Source: Escherichia phage adrianh. Taken from it: 64,000 bases of DNA. Made by a program: the position numbers and the translations under genes. The first letter of the stretch is position 1, and every line of letters starts with the position of its first letter. Below the pieces are notes generated by a model. That model was given only the letters and a program-made list of their open reading frames with translations, was not told where the DNA came from and did not search any database. The stretch is taken from the sequence record MN850614.1, one strand, 5' to 3'. Below are positions 1 to 9,604 of the stretch, one piece after another.

Positions 1-154
1 GGATGACTCATGGGTTGCTGGTATCTCTTACATCTCTACAGCAGATGGTAAAATCTACGCAAGACCTTATGAGATGTTCAATGAAGAAAATTGGGAAGTT
101 TTAGACAGAAAACAAGCCTTAGAAATGATAAAGAAAGGAGAAATCACACTATGA
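1..154 (+). CDS. 3' end of upstream gene (partial, hypothetical)
   Basis: Open frame running in from window start, stop TGA at 152-154 overlapping next ATG (ATGA). Confidence 0.3.
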   Translation, partial: DDSWVAGISYISTADGKIYARPYEMFNEENWEVLDRKQALEMIKKGEITL

Positions 155-1224
155 TTAACCAGCACCCAATCTTTTTAGGTGGTGAGAGAAAAACTTTTGA
201 CTCACTTAATAAGCACTACCCAAAAATCTTTGAACTTTATAAACAACAAAAAGCACAAGACTGGTCAGAAGATGAGTTCCCTTTTGAGCAATCACGTCTT
301 GATTTTGAGAGTGTGCCAGCATCAATGTCAGGTGTAATGCTTGAGATTCTTAAGTGGCAGTGGGAAGCAGATACCCAAGTTGCTAAGAGCTTGGCATTCG
401 CCTTTGCACCATTCATCTCTGATGATATTTATGCAACTGCAATTATGAAGCAGTCTGAGATTGAAAACCTACATGCTCTAACTTACTCGGAGATTGTAAG
501 GCAATGTATTAAAAATCCTGAAACAATCTTAGATGAGATTAACCAGAATGTTGCTGTGCAAGACCGATTAAAAACTGTGAATCGTGTTCTTGAAGAATTA
601 CTGGATGAAGGTATAAACTATCGTCTGAGTTATGTGCGTGACTCACTTCTGGACAAAGACCCTTTACACTTCCATAAAGTGATTCTGAAAGGTCTATTTG
701 CAGTGACTGCACTGGAAGGAATATCTTTTATGGCATCCTTTGCATGTACTTTTGCACTTGATGCTCAAGATAAATTTCAAGGTATTGCTCAAGCTGTCCA
801 GAAAATTATGCTTGACGAAATCCTTCACACTAAAATTGATATTGAAGTTTTAAAAGAAACTTTAAGAGATGATGAGTGGCAAAAAGCTTTCCAACAAATT
901 CTTCCAGAGATTAAAGTAATCTTAGATGAAGTAGTTGAAAGTGAAGAGAAATGGTCGTATTATATCTTCTCCGAAGGACGTGCTGTAGTTGGGTTAAATA
1001 CAAAGCTTCTTCATGAGTGGGTTTACTATAATGCTGCCCCACTGTATGATATGTTTGGCATTCCCAGAGATTTTGTAGCTCCTAAAGAACCACCTTTGAA
1101 GTATATGATTAAGAAGATGGAAATTGATAAAGAGCAGAATGCTAATCAGGAGCAACAGAACGGTGCGTACCTGTTGAATACTGTTGTAGACGATTTGAAT
1201 AGTGGATTTTTAGAGGTTCCTTAA
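151..1224 (+). CDS. nrdB: Ribonucleotide reductase small subunit (class I beta, R2-like)
   Basis: GGAG RBS before ATG 151; two ExxH motifs (EIENLHALTYSEI, LDEILHTKIDIE) typical of di-iron R2 fold; track ORF 91..1224 trimmed. Confidence 0.7.
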   Translation: MINQHPIFLGGERKTFDSLNKHYPKIFELYKQQKAQDWSEDEFPFEQSRLDFESVPASMSGVMLEILKWQWEADTQVAKSLAFAFAPFISDDIYATAIMKQSEIENLHALTYSEIVRQCIKNPETILDEINQNVAVQDRLKTVNRVLEELLDEGINYRLSYVRDSLLDKDPLHFHKVILKGLFAVTALEGISFMASFACTFALDAQDKFQGIAQAVQKIMLDEILHTKIDIEVLKETLRDDEWQKAFQQILPEIKVILDEVVESEEKWSYYIFSEGRAVVGLNTKLLHEWVYYNAAPLYDMFGIPRDFVAPKEPPLKYMIKKMEIDKEQNANQEQQNGAYLLNTVVDDLNSGFLEVP

Positions 1225-1466
1225 TGACTTATGTAATTTACTCCAAAACTGGATGCCCTCAGTGTGAGACTGCAAAGAATTTTGCAAAAGCTCGTGGTAT
1301 TGACCACGTTGTGAGAATGTTAGGGCAGGATTATGAGCTATCAGACCTGATGGATATTGCACAGATGCCAGTTCGTCAGATGCCATTCATCATGAAAACT
1401 GATGGACAAAACCTAAAACCTGTTGGTACGCTACAGAATTTTATGGCAGAGGTGAATAATGCTTAA
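1224..1466 (+). CDS. Glutaredoxin/NrdH-like thioredoxin-fold redoxin
   Basis: 80 aa, CPQC active-site motif near N-terminus, sits between RNR genes. Confidence 0.7.
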   Translation: MTYVIYSKTGCPQCETAKNFAKARGIDHVVRMLGQDYELSDLMDIAQMPVRQMPFIMKTDGQNLKPVGTLQNFMAEVNNA

Positions 1467-1665
1467 ACGCCTTTGGGAAGGTTTGGTTGTTGATGCACCA
1501 GCTATTGTGATTGGTATGCTTATTGTTAACCTATTTACTGACTTTGAACAAGGTTCATTGTTTGGAGCCATGTTACTATGGGTTATCTTTGAAATATTAG
1601 AGATACAGTTAGGTATCACTGAAAAACTAAGAGAACTCTTTGCGAAGTTTTCTAAAAAGATTTAA
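1459..1665 (+). CDS. Small hydrophobic protein (hypothetical)
   Basis: 68 aa ORF, hydrophobic core, overlaps stop of upstream gene. Confidence 0.35.
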   Translation: MLKRLWEGLVVDAPAIVIGMLIVNLFTDFEQGSLFGAMLLWVIFEILEIQLGITEKLRELFAKFSKKI

Positions 1666-1713
1666 AATGAAAGGGTCTCTTCGGAGACCTTTTTAGCATG
1701 TAAAGGGGCAATA

Positions 1714-3858
1714 ATGAACAAAGTACAGATTATTAAAAAGAATGGCTCACTCGAAGAACCTGATATCAAAAAAGTTTTAGCAGCAGTCACAAAGTCAGCT
1801 AATAGGGTTGGGTATAAAGAACTTCCACCAGATGTTACCCAAGCTCTTGAGTCAGCATTTATGAGGATTCTGGTAAAATCTACTAAGCAGAATAATTTAC
1901 TCATTTCAGTAAATGATATTCACAGTATTGTTGAAGGTGCTTTGGCAGAAGTCAATCACGAGATTTATGAGTCTTACTCAACATATAGAAATTACCGTAA
2001 AGAGGTTGCTCAAAATTGGGATGAACTCTACCAGAAGACCAAAGATACACTCTTCTTAGGTGACCGAGAAAACGCTAATTTTGACAGCAGTTTAATTTCT
2101 ACAAAAGGCTCAATTATTCGTGGTTACCTGACTAAAGAAATCTTTAAACAGTACCACCTAACACCAGAGGAACTTGAAGCCATTGAAAAAGGGTTTATCT
2201 ATATCCATGATTTAAGAGACCTGATTTTTGGTGGTATCAACTGTTGCTTGTTTGACATTGGTAAAGTGCTGAAAGGTGGCTTTGAAATGTCTGGCATTGA
2301 ATACTGTGAACCGAAGTCTGTACTGTCAGCCTTACAGGTTATTGGTGATGTAGTTCTTTCAGCAACTGCACAGCAATTTGGTGGCTTTACTTTAGCAGAG
2401 ATTGATAAGGTACTTGTACCGTATGCTAAGAAGTCTCTACGTTACCATGCTGAAAAAGCAACAGCTTATGGTATTCCTAAAGAACATTACCACAACTATG
2501 TCATGGAGCAGCTACAGATTGAATTAACTCAAGGTTTTCAGTCTCTTGAAATGAAGCTCAATACTGTGCCTTGTAGCCGTGGTGATTTTGCATTCACAAC
2601 TTTGACATTCGGGTTACTTGACTCAGATATGTCTAATGAAGATAACCGACTGCAATACATGATTGCAAGCACTCTCCTAGATGTTCGTATGAATGGACAA
2701 GGTAAGAGCAAGAAGCCTGTTGTATTCCCTAAACTGGTTTATATTTATGACCAGAAGAGACATAATGAGAATATCTGTCAAGGCCACCTGTACAGTAAAG
2801 CTATTGAGTGTTGCTCTAAAGCAATGTATCCAGATTTCTTAAGTGTGTCTGGTCATGGTGCTGTAGCTGAAGCTTTTGAGCGTTCTGGTAAGGTAATTTC
2901 CCCGATGGGTTGTAGAGCCTTCTTATCACCATATCTTAACGAGAATGGGGAAGAGTTCTATGTAGGTCGTGCTAACATTGGTGCTGTGTCTTTGAACTTA
3001 CCAATGATTTACCAGTATTCTAAAGAGAATGGTTTAGATTTCTGGAAAGAGCTTGATAAGTACCTAGAGATGATTCGCAGCTTCCACAAGAAACGCTACG
3101 AAATGATTGCTAATATGCCAGCAAGTTCTAACCCTCTTGCATTCACACAAGGTGGTCTGTACAAAGGAACTAAGAAACCTACTGACAAGGTTGGTTGGGA
3201 TATCGTGAAGTCCTTCACAGCTTCTTTTGGGGTTACTGCTCTTGATGAGCTGTCTGTTCTTGCTGAAGGTAAACGACTTCATGAAGTTGGAAGCTATAGT
3301 TTTGCATACGATGTTCTGGCATACATTAACATGAAAACTGAAGAGTTTAAGAATGAAGATGGCTTCTTGTATGCGGTATATGGCACTCCAGCAGAGTCAT
3401 TATGTGGAACTCAGCTAAAACAATTCAGAGATATGTTTGGCGTTATCAAAGGTGTCTCTGACAAGGAATACTTTACAAACAGTTTCCATATGAATGTTGC
3501 AGCAGACATCTCACCATTTGAGAAGCAGGACTTAGAAGAGCCATTCTTCCATATCTGTAGAGGTGGTAGAATCCAGTATGTCAGAGTAGCTAACCCAGAA
3601 AACTTACCAGCACTTAAAAGCTGTATTACAAGAGGGATGTTGAAAGGTTTCTATCAGGGACTTAACTTTGACTTAGCAATCTGTGAACATTGTGGTAACA
3701 GACCAAAGGCTGATGTTGAAGAATGTGAGGTTTGCCATTCACATGACATCTCTGTGATTAACAGGGTGTGCGGATATCTGGGATGGACTAAGATTAAAGG
3801 TGAATCCCGAATGAATGATGCAAAAATCGCTGAGATTCGTGACAGGATTTCTATGTAA
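1714..3858 (+). CDS. nrdD: Anaerobic ribonucleoside-triphosphate reductase (class III)
   Basis: 714 aa; C-terminal Cys cluster CEHCGN..CEVCHSH and glycyl-radical motif RVCGYLG. Confidence 0.9.
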   Translation: MNKVQIIKKNGSLEEPDIKKVLAAVTKSANRVGYKELPPDVTQALESAFMRILVKSTKQNNLLISVNDIHSIVEGALAEVNHEIYESYSTYRNYRKEVAQNWDELYQKTKDTLFLGDRENANFDSSLISTKGSIIRGYLTKEIFKQYHLTPEELEAIEKGFIYIHDLRDLIFGGINCCLFDIGKVLKGGFEMSGIEYCEPKSVLSALQVIGDVVLSATAQQFGGFTLAEIDKVLVPYAKKSLRYHAEKATAYGIPKEHYHNYVMEQLQIELTQGFQSLEMKLNTVPCSRGDFAFTTLTFGLLDSDMSNEDNRLQYMIASTLLDVRMNGQGKSKKPVVFPKLVYIYDQKRHNENICQGHLYSKAIECCSKAMYPDFLSVSGHGAVAEAFERSGKVISPMGCRAFLSPYLNENGEEFYVGRANIGAVSLNLPMIYQYSKENGLDFWKELDKYLEMIRSFHKKRYEMIANMPASSNPLAFTQGGLYKGTKKPTDKVGWDIVKSFTASFGVTALDELSVLAEGKRLHEVGSYSFAYDVLAYINMKTEEFKNEDGFLYAVYGTPAESLCGTQLKQFRDMFGVIKGVSDKEYFTNSFHMNVAADISPFEKQDLEEPFFHICRGGRIQYVRVANPENLPALKSCITRGMLKGFYQGLNFDLAICEHCGNRPKADVEECEVCHSHDISVINRVCGYLGWTKIKGESRMNDAKIAEIRDRISM

Positions 3859-3867
3859 AACTTGACA

Positions 3868-3906
3868 AGGTGATGTGGGTCTTGATAGGCTTACATCACC
3901 TTTTTT
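3868..3906 (+). terminator. Rho-independent terminator after nrdD
   Basis: Stem AGGTGATGT / ACATCACC followed by TTTTTT. Confidence 0.6.
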
Positions 3907-4012
3907 ATTGGATGTCAGACATGGCAGAGAGTATTATCGGTTTGTTCATAGGTTCTGTCTTACTAGGATTCTTTTTAGGACTTTCTTATTGTGAATTGAG
4001 AGATAAGTTAAA

Positions 4013-4213
4013 ATGTTTAAAATATCAAAAACGTTGATATACATACTCCACATTCTAATCTTCTTCTTTGGGGTTAGTGTTATGGTATGGGGTTTTTCAG
4101 ACCCACAATGGAGTTTATCATATCACGGACAAATGGATTTATGGTCATGCTTCAAACCATTTTTAGGGTTAGCTATAGCATTCAGTGCATTACCAACTAG
4201 GGTGAAATTATGA
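4013..4213 (+). CDS. Small membrane protein (hypothetical)
   Basis: 66 aa ORF with hydrophobic N-terminal segment; alternative 39-codon ORF at 3921-4040 also possible. Confidence 0.3.
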   Translation: MFKISKTLIYILHILIFFFGVSVMVWGFSDPQWSLSYHGQMDLWSCFKPFLGLAIAFSALPTRVKL

Positions 4214-4605
4214 TTAAGTTGAACCAAAAACAGTTAGAGTGGGTTAAAGACTACGCCTCAGAGTGTGGCTCTTGCGAAAAGAATCACGTAAAATACTCAA
4301 CATTCCATACAGTCTTCACATTGTACATCAGCGACAATGTTCTAAGCGACTCCGTAGAAGACGGTGTAGCGTTGCCTAATGAGTTACTTGATAAATTAGC
4401 TGTAGTCACTGGAACTTGGTCTGAAGAAGATGGTCATGAATTATCTGATGATGTTGTCTTCTACACCCTTGAAAACATCATGAATCCAGAGTACATTATG
4501 CTAATGACTTGCGCGCAAGACTGTGTTCCATTACAAGACTTTATTAAAGAACACTGTGAAGAGTTTATTACTAAACAGGTTCCTTGTGAGGTGGTGTTTG
4601 AATGA
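4210..4605 (+). CDS. Hypothetical protein
   Basis: 131 aa ORF, start overlaps upstream stop. Confidence 0.45.
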   Translation: MIKLNQKQLEWVKDYASECGSCEKNHVKYSTFHTVFTLYISDNVLSDSVEDGVALPNELLDKLAVVTGTWSEEDGHELSDDVVFYTLENIMNPEYIMLMTCAQDCVPLQDFIKEHCEEFITKQVPCEVVFE

Positions 4606-4664
4606 GTAAAACAATTCGAAGAAAAGGTTTAAAGAACATTTATATTTATTGGTGAGGTAAATAG

Positions 4665-5150
4665 ATGAATTACATGGAGATTAGACCATTTGACACAGCT
4701 AATGGTGAAGGGGTTCGTGTAAGCCTCTTCGTAGCTGGTTGTAAGCATCACTGTGAAGGCTGCTTTAACAGGGAGTCTTGGAAGTTTAATGCTGGTAAAG
4801 AGTTTACCTATGCAAACCTCTACGGCATCATTAAGTTAATGGATGATAATGCTATCAGTGGGCTGTCAATACTTGGTGGGGAGCCTCTGGATGACAGAAA
4901 CATTCAAGAGGTCACCAACATATGCAAGCGTATTAAAACTGTTTATCCAGAAAAGTCTATATGGCTTTGGACAGGTTTTCAACTGCACGAAAAAATCCAC
5001 TTAGATGTGATGAAATATGTTGACGTGGTGATTGATGGTAAGTATGATTCGTCTAAACCAACAGTTAAACCATATCGTGGTTCTGATAACCAAAACCTCT
5101 GGAGAAAAGAGTATGGGTGGCAAGGCGATTGTCAATGGCGAGCAGAATGA
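4665..5150 (+). CDS. nrdG: Anaerobic RNR activating protein (radical SAM)
   Basis: 161 aa; radical-SAM cluster motif CKHHCEGCF near N-terminus; follows nrdD. Confidence 0.85.
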   Translation: MNYMEIRPFDTANGEGVRVSLFVAGCKHHCEGCFNRESWKFNAGKEFTYANLYGIIKLMDDNAISGLSILGGEPLDDRNIQEVTNICKRIKTVYPEKSIWLWTGFQLHEKIHLDVMKYVDVVIDGKYDSSKPTVKPYRGSDNQNLWRKEYGWQGDCQWRAE

Positions 5151-5388
5151 TTATTCTGGCAAGTGGACTTATGACATCAACAAGTTAGATGCCTGGATTA
5201 TTTATACAAGAGAAAAATTTGGTGCACATCCATTATGTGCTCTTGCAACGATTGTAAAGAATGTCACCTTTGCCATACACGAGTCAGATAAATTTGGAGA
5301 CTTCTACAGGATTCAAAACATCAGAGAAGGTGTAACTCCAATCGGTATCACTGAAGAAGAACTCCATAAGTTCTGTATTAAACTTTAA
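5111..5388 (+). CDS. Hypothetical protein
   Basis: Track ORF 5032..5388; internal ATG at 5111 with upstream purine-rich stretch. Confidence 0.35.
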
Positions 5389-5403
5389 TGAGAGAGACTA
5401 AAA

Positions 5404-5670
5404 ATGGGAATTTTAGGTAATATGAAGGCTGGCTTCTTGAAGGCACTGGCAAAAGCAGCAGCAATCATTTCTATGACTGGAAAGCAGGTCGGTGTAGATG
5501 CTTCAGCGGTTGCACAGGTTCTTACAAGCCAAATTGAACAGCAGCCTTACATCTACGTAGGACGTGGTAAAGGTGGTAAGAAACAAGCTCACCACCAGTC
5601 TGGTGCAGCAGCTATTAAACGAGCAGCTAAGAAAGCTCGTAACCGTAAACGTAATAAGAAGGTTAAATAA
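5404..5670 (+). CDS. Small highly basic protein (hypothetical)
   Basis: 88 aa, Lys/Arg-rich C-terminus (KRAAKKARNRKRNKKVK). Confidence 0.5.
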   Translation: MGILGNMKAGFLKALAKAAAIISMTGKQVGVDASAVAQVLTSQIEQQPYIYVGRGKGGKKQAHHQSGAAAIKRAAKKARNRKRNKKVK

Positions 5671-5672
5671 TC

Positions 5673-5993
5673 ATGAGCAAAGTATATAACACTCGCAAAT
5701 TACAGATTTTCGTACTGTGCCAGTTTATGGCTAAAGAATATAACTTCTACTATTGCGGCACAGGTTTTATTAGCGATGATGATGGTTCATACCTACCATT
5801 TAAAGAAGCTGTGAAGCTCTTTAATGAAGAGAAAAACTCTAAGAAAGATATTGAAAAGGTCAAGCTAACCTATAGCAAGAAAGATAAGAAGATTATCTGC
5901 CTAGATAACTTTGTAAAAGTTACTGGAGAAGCAAAAGAGTTTATGGATGAGAGTGAGATTTCATTCACAAGCATCTTGAAAGTAGCTCAGTAA
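5673..5993 (+). CDS. Hypothetical protein
   Basis: 106 aa ORF. Confidence 0.45.
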   Translation: MSKVYNTRKLQIFVLCQFMAKEYNFYYCGTGFISDDDGSYLPFKEAVKLFNEEKNSKKDIEKVKLTYSKKDKKIICLDNFVKVTGEAKEFMDESEISFTSILKVAQ

Positions 5994-6006
5994 ACAGATA
6001 CTATAA

Positions 6007-6031
6007 GGGAACCTTTACAGTTCCCTTTTTA
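6007..6031 (+). terminator. Rho-independent terminator
   Basis: Stem GGGAAC / GTTCCC then TTTTT. Confidence 0.6.
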
Positions 6032-6044
6032 TTTTGGAGATGAT

Positions 6045-6560
6045 ATGTATCTGTCAAACCTAAAACGTTCTGCTGCAATGTCAGTGTTAAGACTTAGCTT
6101 TGAGGAACGTCAAGAGTTCATTGACTCCCACCAATACGACCCCTCAAACTCCAATCACATGATTCTCTGGAATCGTGAAAGTACTCGTGAAAGAGTACTA
6201 TTCCGTTATTACCCACACTACACTATAGATAACCTGTATGAATGTTTTGTTGTGAAGAACACCATTGCAGTGCTCAATAAGCTTTGTAGATACACAGGTA
6301 GTCAATCCTTCACATTAGGCCACCACAAACCTGTTACAAAGGGTGGTGAGCATCACTGTGCAAACTGGTTTATCCAAACTAAATCTGATAATCAGAAGCA
6401 AGGAGATAGCCTTCTAAACATCCCTAAGATGACCTATGAAGAGCAAGAGAAATATATCAAAAATAATATGCCAGATGTGCTTGACAACAACTATACAGAT
6501 TTGGCAATATCTCTCCTGTTAAAGTTTGAGACAGTTTATAGGGCAACTTACAATGGCTAA
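6045..6560 (+). CDS. Hypothetical protein, possible HNH-type endonuclease
   Basis: 171 aa; GHHKPVTKGGEHHCANW resembles an HNH core; weak. Confidence 0.35.
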   Translation: MYLSNLKRSAAMSVLRLSFEERQEFIDSHQYDPSNSNHMILWNRESTRERVLFRYYPHYTIDNLYECFVVKNTIAVLNKLCRYTGSQSFTLGHHKPVTKGGEHHCANWFIQTKSDNQKQGDSLLNIPKMTYEEQEKYIKNNMPDVLDNNYTDLAISLLLKFETVYRATYNG

Positions 6561-6831
6561 AGAGAAGTGGGAGATTTTACCACTAGTCAGTGAGGGTGGT
6601 AATGGCTGTGAAATGTACATGATACGTGGGCATGTTCCAGAACCAATTGCACTTGAGATGGTAAACAATTTTACAGATGGCTCTTACAAAGATTTAGGAG
6701 AACCAACTGTCAAGCAACAATGGGTTAAACCTGTACCAGACAGCACAGGTAACTGTAGTGTACTTTATCACGTTGTAGACCCTGCAAAATGCAAATCTGC
6801 AATGGCAGTAACAAACGTAACTTTTGATTGA
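6553..6831 (+). CDS. Hypothetical protein
   Basis: Track ORF 6526..6831, first ATG at 6553. Confidence 0.4.
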   Translation: MAKEKWEILPLVSEGGNGCEMYMIRGHVPEPIALEMVNNFTDGSYKDLGEPTVKQQWVKPVPDSTGNCSVLYHVVDPAKCKSAMAVTNVTFD

Positions 6832-6841
6832 GAGAAAAACT

Positions 6842-7723
6842 ATGAAGACATCTATTCGTGTTATAATTCATTCACCGACAAAAGGGTCTCATGAAGAAGA
6901 GTTTAACATCATCCAGTTCCCTTCTGGTGAGATTGGTGGACACTTTTCACAAGAGCTTGTTGATTTTACTGCTTATGCAGCATCATCTATCAACAATGTG
7001 ATTATGATTGTAAAAGGTTATGATAAGGACACATTGTTTGCTGTGGCACTCGCTAAAGAAGCAATTGATGATTTAATTCCTCATGATTATGCCTTAAAGA
7101 CTGTCATCTTTTACTACTTACCAAATGCACGATATGACCGTCACATGTTTAAAGGTGATGCAGCAGCTTTGAAGGTTTTTGCTAAACAGGTTAATGCAAT
7201 GGGGTTTGGTGCAGTATGTGCAGTTGACCCTCACAGCTATGTACCAGATAACCTGTTTGACTGCTTCCAAAGTATTCCTCAAAATGAAATTGCAGTCCAC
7301 TATGCAAATGACCCACTGGTTGATTACTTAGTAGCCCCAGATGCAGGTGCTGCTAAGAAGATTGCAGAGACTGCTAAAGAGGTGGATAAACCATATATCA
7401 CAATGTCTAAGGTGCGCAACCTTAAAACTGGTGAAATTACTGGTATGCGAATCCTTGATGATGTTGATTTGACCGATAAAACTGTTATGATTCTCGACGA
7501 CATCTGTGATGGCGGTCGAACCTTCATAGAAGCAGCTAAACATCTTCGTGAAGCAGGTGCAAAACGTGTGGAACTCTATGTAACACATGGTATCTTCTCT
7601 AAAGGGGTTGAAAACCTTCTTGACAATGGTATTGACCACATCTACACTACAAACTCTTTAGGGGAAGCTAAAGACCGTGGTTTAACACATTATGGTCAAG
7701 TTACTGTAGCAAACCTTGATTAA
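6842..7723 (+). CDS. Prs-family pyrophosphokinase (PRPP synthetase homologue; candidate ADP-ribose pyrophosphokinase)
   Basis: YLPNARYDR, AVDPHS and MILDDICDGGRT motifs align with bacterial Prs; ATG 6842 (track used TTG 6824). Confidence 0.85.
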   Translation: MKTSIRVIIHSPTKGSHEEEFNIIQFPSGEIGGHFSQELVDFTAYAASSINNVIMIVKGYDKDTLFAVALAKEAIDDLIPHDYALKTVIFYYLPNARYDRHMFKGDAAALKVFAKQVNAMGFGAVCAVDPHSYVPDNLFDCFQSIPQNEIAVHYANDPLVDYLVAPDAGAAKKIAETAKEVDKPYITMSKVRNLKTGEITGMRILDDVDLTDKTVMILDDICDGGRTFIEAAKHLREAGAKRVELYVTHGIFSKGVENLLDNGIDHIYTTNSLGEAKDRGLTHYGQVTVANLD

Positions 7724-7732
7724 AACTTTATA

Positions 7733-7755
7733 GGGGGCTTTCAAGCCCCATTTTG
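7733..7755 (+). terminator. Hairpin between Prs-like and NAMPT-like genes
   Basis: GGGGGCTT / AAGCCCC stem followed by ATTTTG. Confidence 0.4.
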
Positions 7756-7769
7756 AGAGAGATTAAAAG

Positions 7770-9551
7770 ATGACTAAATCACTTTATGCAGTACCAGCAG
7801 GTTTAAACGCAGATGCTTACAAATCTGGTCATGTTTACCAGTACCCTAGTGCAACAGATTACTTGATGTTTAACCTGACACCACGTAGTGATAAATGGTT
7901 TAACAGCCCTTTAGCAATTGATGGTGTAGTGGCTTTTGGTATTCAACGTTTTGTTAAAGATTACTTAATAGACCACTGGAACGCCACCTTCTTTGAACGT
8001 GACAAAAAAGAAGCAATTGATGAAATCTTAGAAGTCATGAACGGTGTTCTGGGTAAAGATGCTATTGGTCGAGAACATTGGGAAGCACTTCACGACTTAG
8101 GTTATCTACCAGTTGAAGTATACGCTGTAGAAGAAGGTACAGTTGTCCCTATGCGTGTTCCAATGATTGTATTCCAGAACACTGTTTCAGGTTTCCATTG
8201 GGTAGCGGGATATCTGGAAGATGCTTTCTCTGCTGAGATTTGGAAGGCTTGTACCATTGCAACTATTGCATTGCACTACAAACGTATCTGTAAGAAGTGG
8301 TCTGACCTTACTTGTGACAACGACTTGCATTTACCTTATCAGTGCCATGACTTTGCTATGCGTGGTATGTCCGGCTTTACCGATGACGCATTTAACGCTG
8401 TAGGTCACTTAACCAGCTTTAAAGGGACTGATAGCTTCCCTGCTGTGTATACAGCTAAACGCATCTATGGGCAGTCCTATCCAATTTCCGATATTGGTGG
8501 TTCTGTACCAGCCACTGAACACTCTGTCATGTGTGCAAACATTGCTTGGGAAGGTGGGAATGAGTTAATTGAAGAAGAAAGACGCTTTAAAGGTGAGTTA
8601 CAAACCTTCCGTCGTTTCTTAACAGAAACTTACCCAACTGGTATTGTAAGTATTGTTTCAGACACTTATAATTTCTGGAGAACTGTATCAGTGATACTCC
8701 CAGAACTCCGTAAAGAGATTATGGAACGTGATGGCAAACTGGTAATTCGTCCTGACTCTGGCGACCCTGTACATATTGTCACAGGTTATAAAGCAATCCA
8801 CTTAGAGTGTGCTAAAAAGGCTTATTACGAACACCTAAGCAAGCTTGAAGCCAGCGACACAATGTTGAATACTGTTCTGAACATGAAGCTTGAAAACATC
8901 AACTACGGCATTGCTGGGTGGCTACTGTCAGAAGGTTACGAAATGGTTGTTGACAGAGAAGACTTTGAAGTTGCTGATACAGTGATGTTGAAAAATGCTT
9001 ATATGGTTGGTTCTGCAAACGTTGTAACACGTCCTGTAGCAGAGATTGATGGAGCTATCAAGACACTGTATAACATCTTTGGGGGAACTATCAACTCTAA
9101 AGGTTTTAAAGTACTGGATGAGCACATCGGACTTATTTATGGTGACTCTATCACGTTGGAACGTGCAAACGAAATCTTGAAGCGTTTGTATGAAATGGGT
9201 TTTGCAAGCTCTAACGTAGTGTTTGGTGTAGGCTCTTACACTTACCAGTACATGACTCGTGACACCTTTGCATTTGCTGTCAAAGCAACTCTTGCAAGCA
9301 TTGGTGGTAAAGAGATTATGCTTGCAAAAGACCCTAAAACAGATAGTGGTGTTAAGAAATCTGCCTTTGGTGGTGTAGCACCTATGTGGGATGGTGATAA
9401 GCTGAAAGCTGTAGATGGCTATGGATTCCAGAGTTTTGCAGATGTACTTGACCACCAAGCTTGTGCTTTACGTTTAGTCTTTAGCGACTCTGAGCAGTTC
9501 GGTTATACAACTCTTGGAGATATTCGAAATAATATTGACAAGCAGCTTTAA
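7770..9551 (+). CDS. Nicotinamide phosphoribosyltransferase family protein (NAMPT/NadV-like; candidate Namat)
   Basis: 593 aa; HDFAMRG, FKGTDS, SVPATEHS, IVSDTYN, IRPDSGDP and IYGDS blocks match NAMPT as recalled. Confidence 0.85.
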   Translation: MTKSLYAVPAGLNADAYKSGHVYQYPSATDYLMFNLTPRSDKWFNSPLAIDGVVAFGIQRFVKDYLIDHWNATFFERDKKEAIDEILEVMNGVLGKDAIGREHWEALHDLGYLPVEVYAVEEGTVVPMRVPMIVFQNTVSGFHWVAGYLEDAFSAEIWKACTIATIALHYKRICKKWSDLTCDNDLHLPYQCHDFAMRGMSGFTDDAFNAVGHLTSFKGTDSFPAVYTAKRIYGQSYPISDIGGSVPATEHSVMCANIAWEGGNELIEEERRFKGELQTFRRFLTETYPTGIVSIVSDTYNFWRTVSVILPELRKEIMERDGKLVIRPDSGDPVHIVTGYKAIHLECAKKAYYEHLSKLEASDTMLNTVLNMKLENINYGIAGWLLSEGYEMVVDREDFEVADTVMLKNAYMVGSANVVTRPVAEIDGAIKTLYNIFGGTINSKGFKVLDEHIGLIYGDSITLERANEILKRLYEMGFASSNVVFGVGSYTYQYMTRDTFAFAVKATLASIGGKEIMLAKDPKTDSGVKKSAFGGVAPMWDGDKLKAVDGYGFQSFADVLDHQACALRLVFSDSEQFGYTTLGDIRNNIDKQL

Positions 9552-9565
9552 AAGTATATGATAAG

Positions 9566-9588
9566 AGGCTCCTACGGGAGCCTTTTTA
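9566..9588 (+). terminator. Rho-independent terminator
   Basis: AGGCTCC / GGAGCCT stem then TTTTT. Confidence 0.6.
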
Positions 9589-9604
9589 ATTTCTGGAGAA
9601 TGCT

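Noticed and set aside
91-1224. N-terminal extension of the first ORF (track start 91)
   Set aside because: The extension overlaps the 3' end of an upstream gene in another frame; ATG 151 with a GGAG RBS is the more plausible start. Similarly GTG/TTG-extended starts at 6824, 40075, 41476 and 43100 were trimmed to downstream ATGs.
1714-3858. Group I intron or intein within nrdD, as in some T4-type phages
   Set aside because: The reading frame is continuous over 714 codons with no internal stop or non-coding insert.
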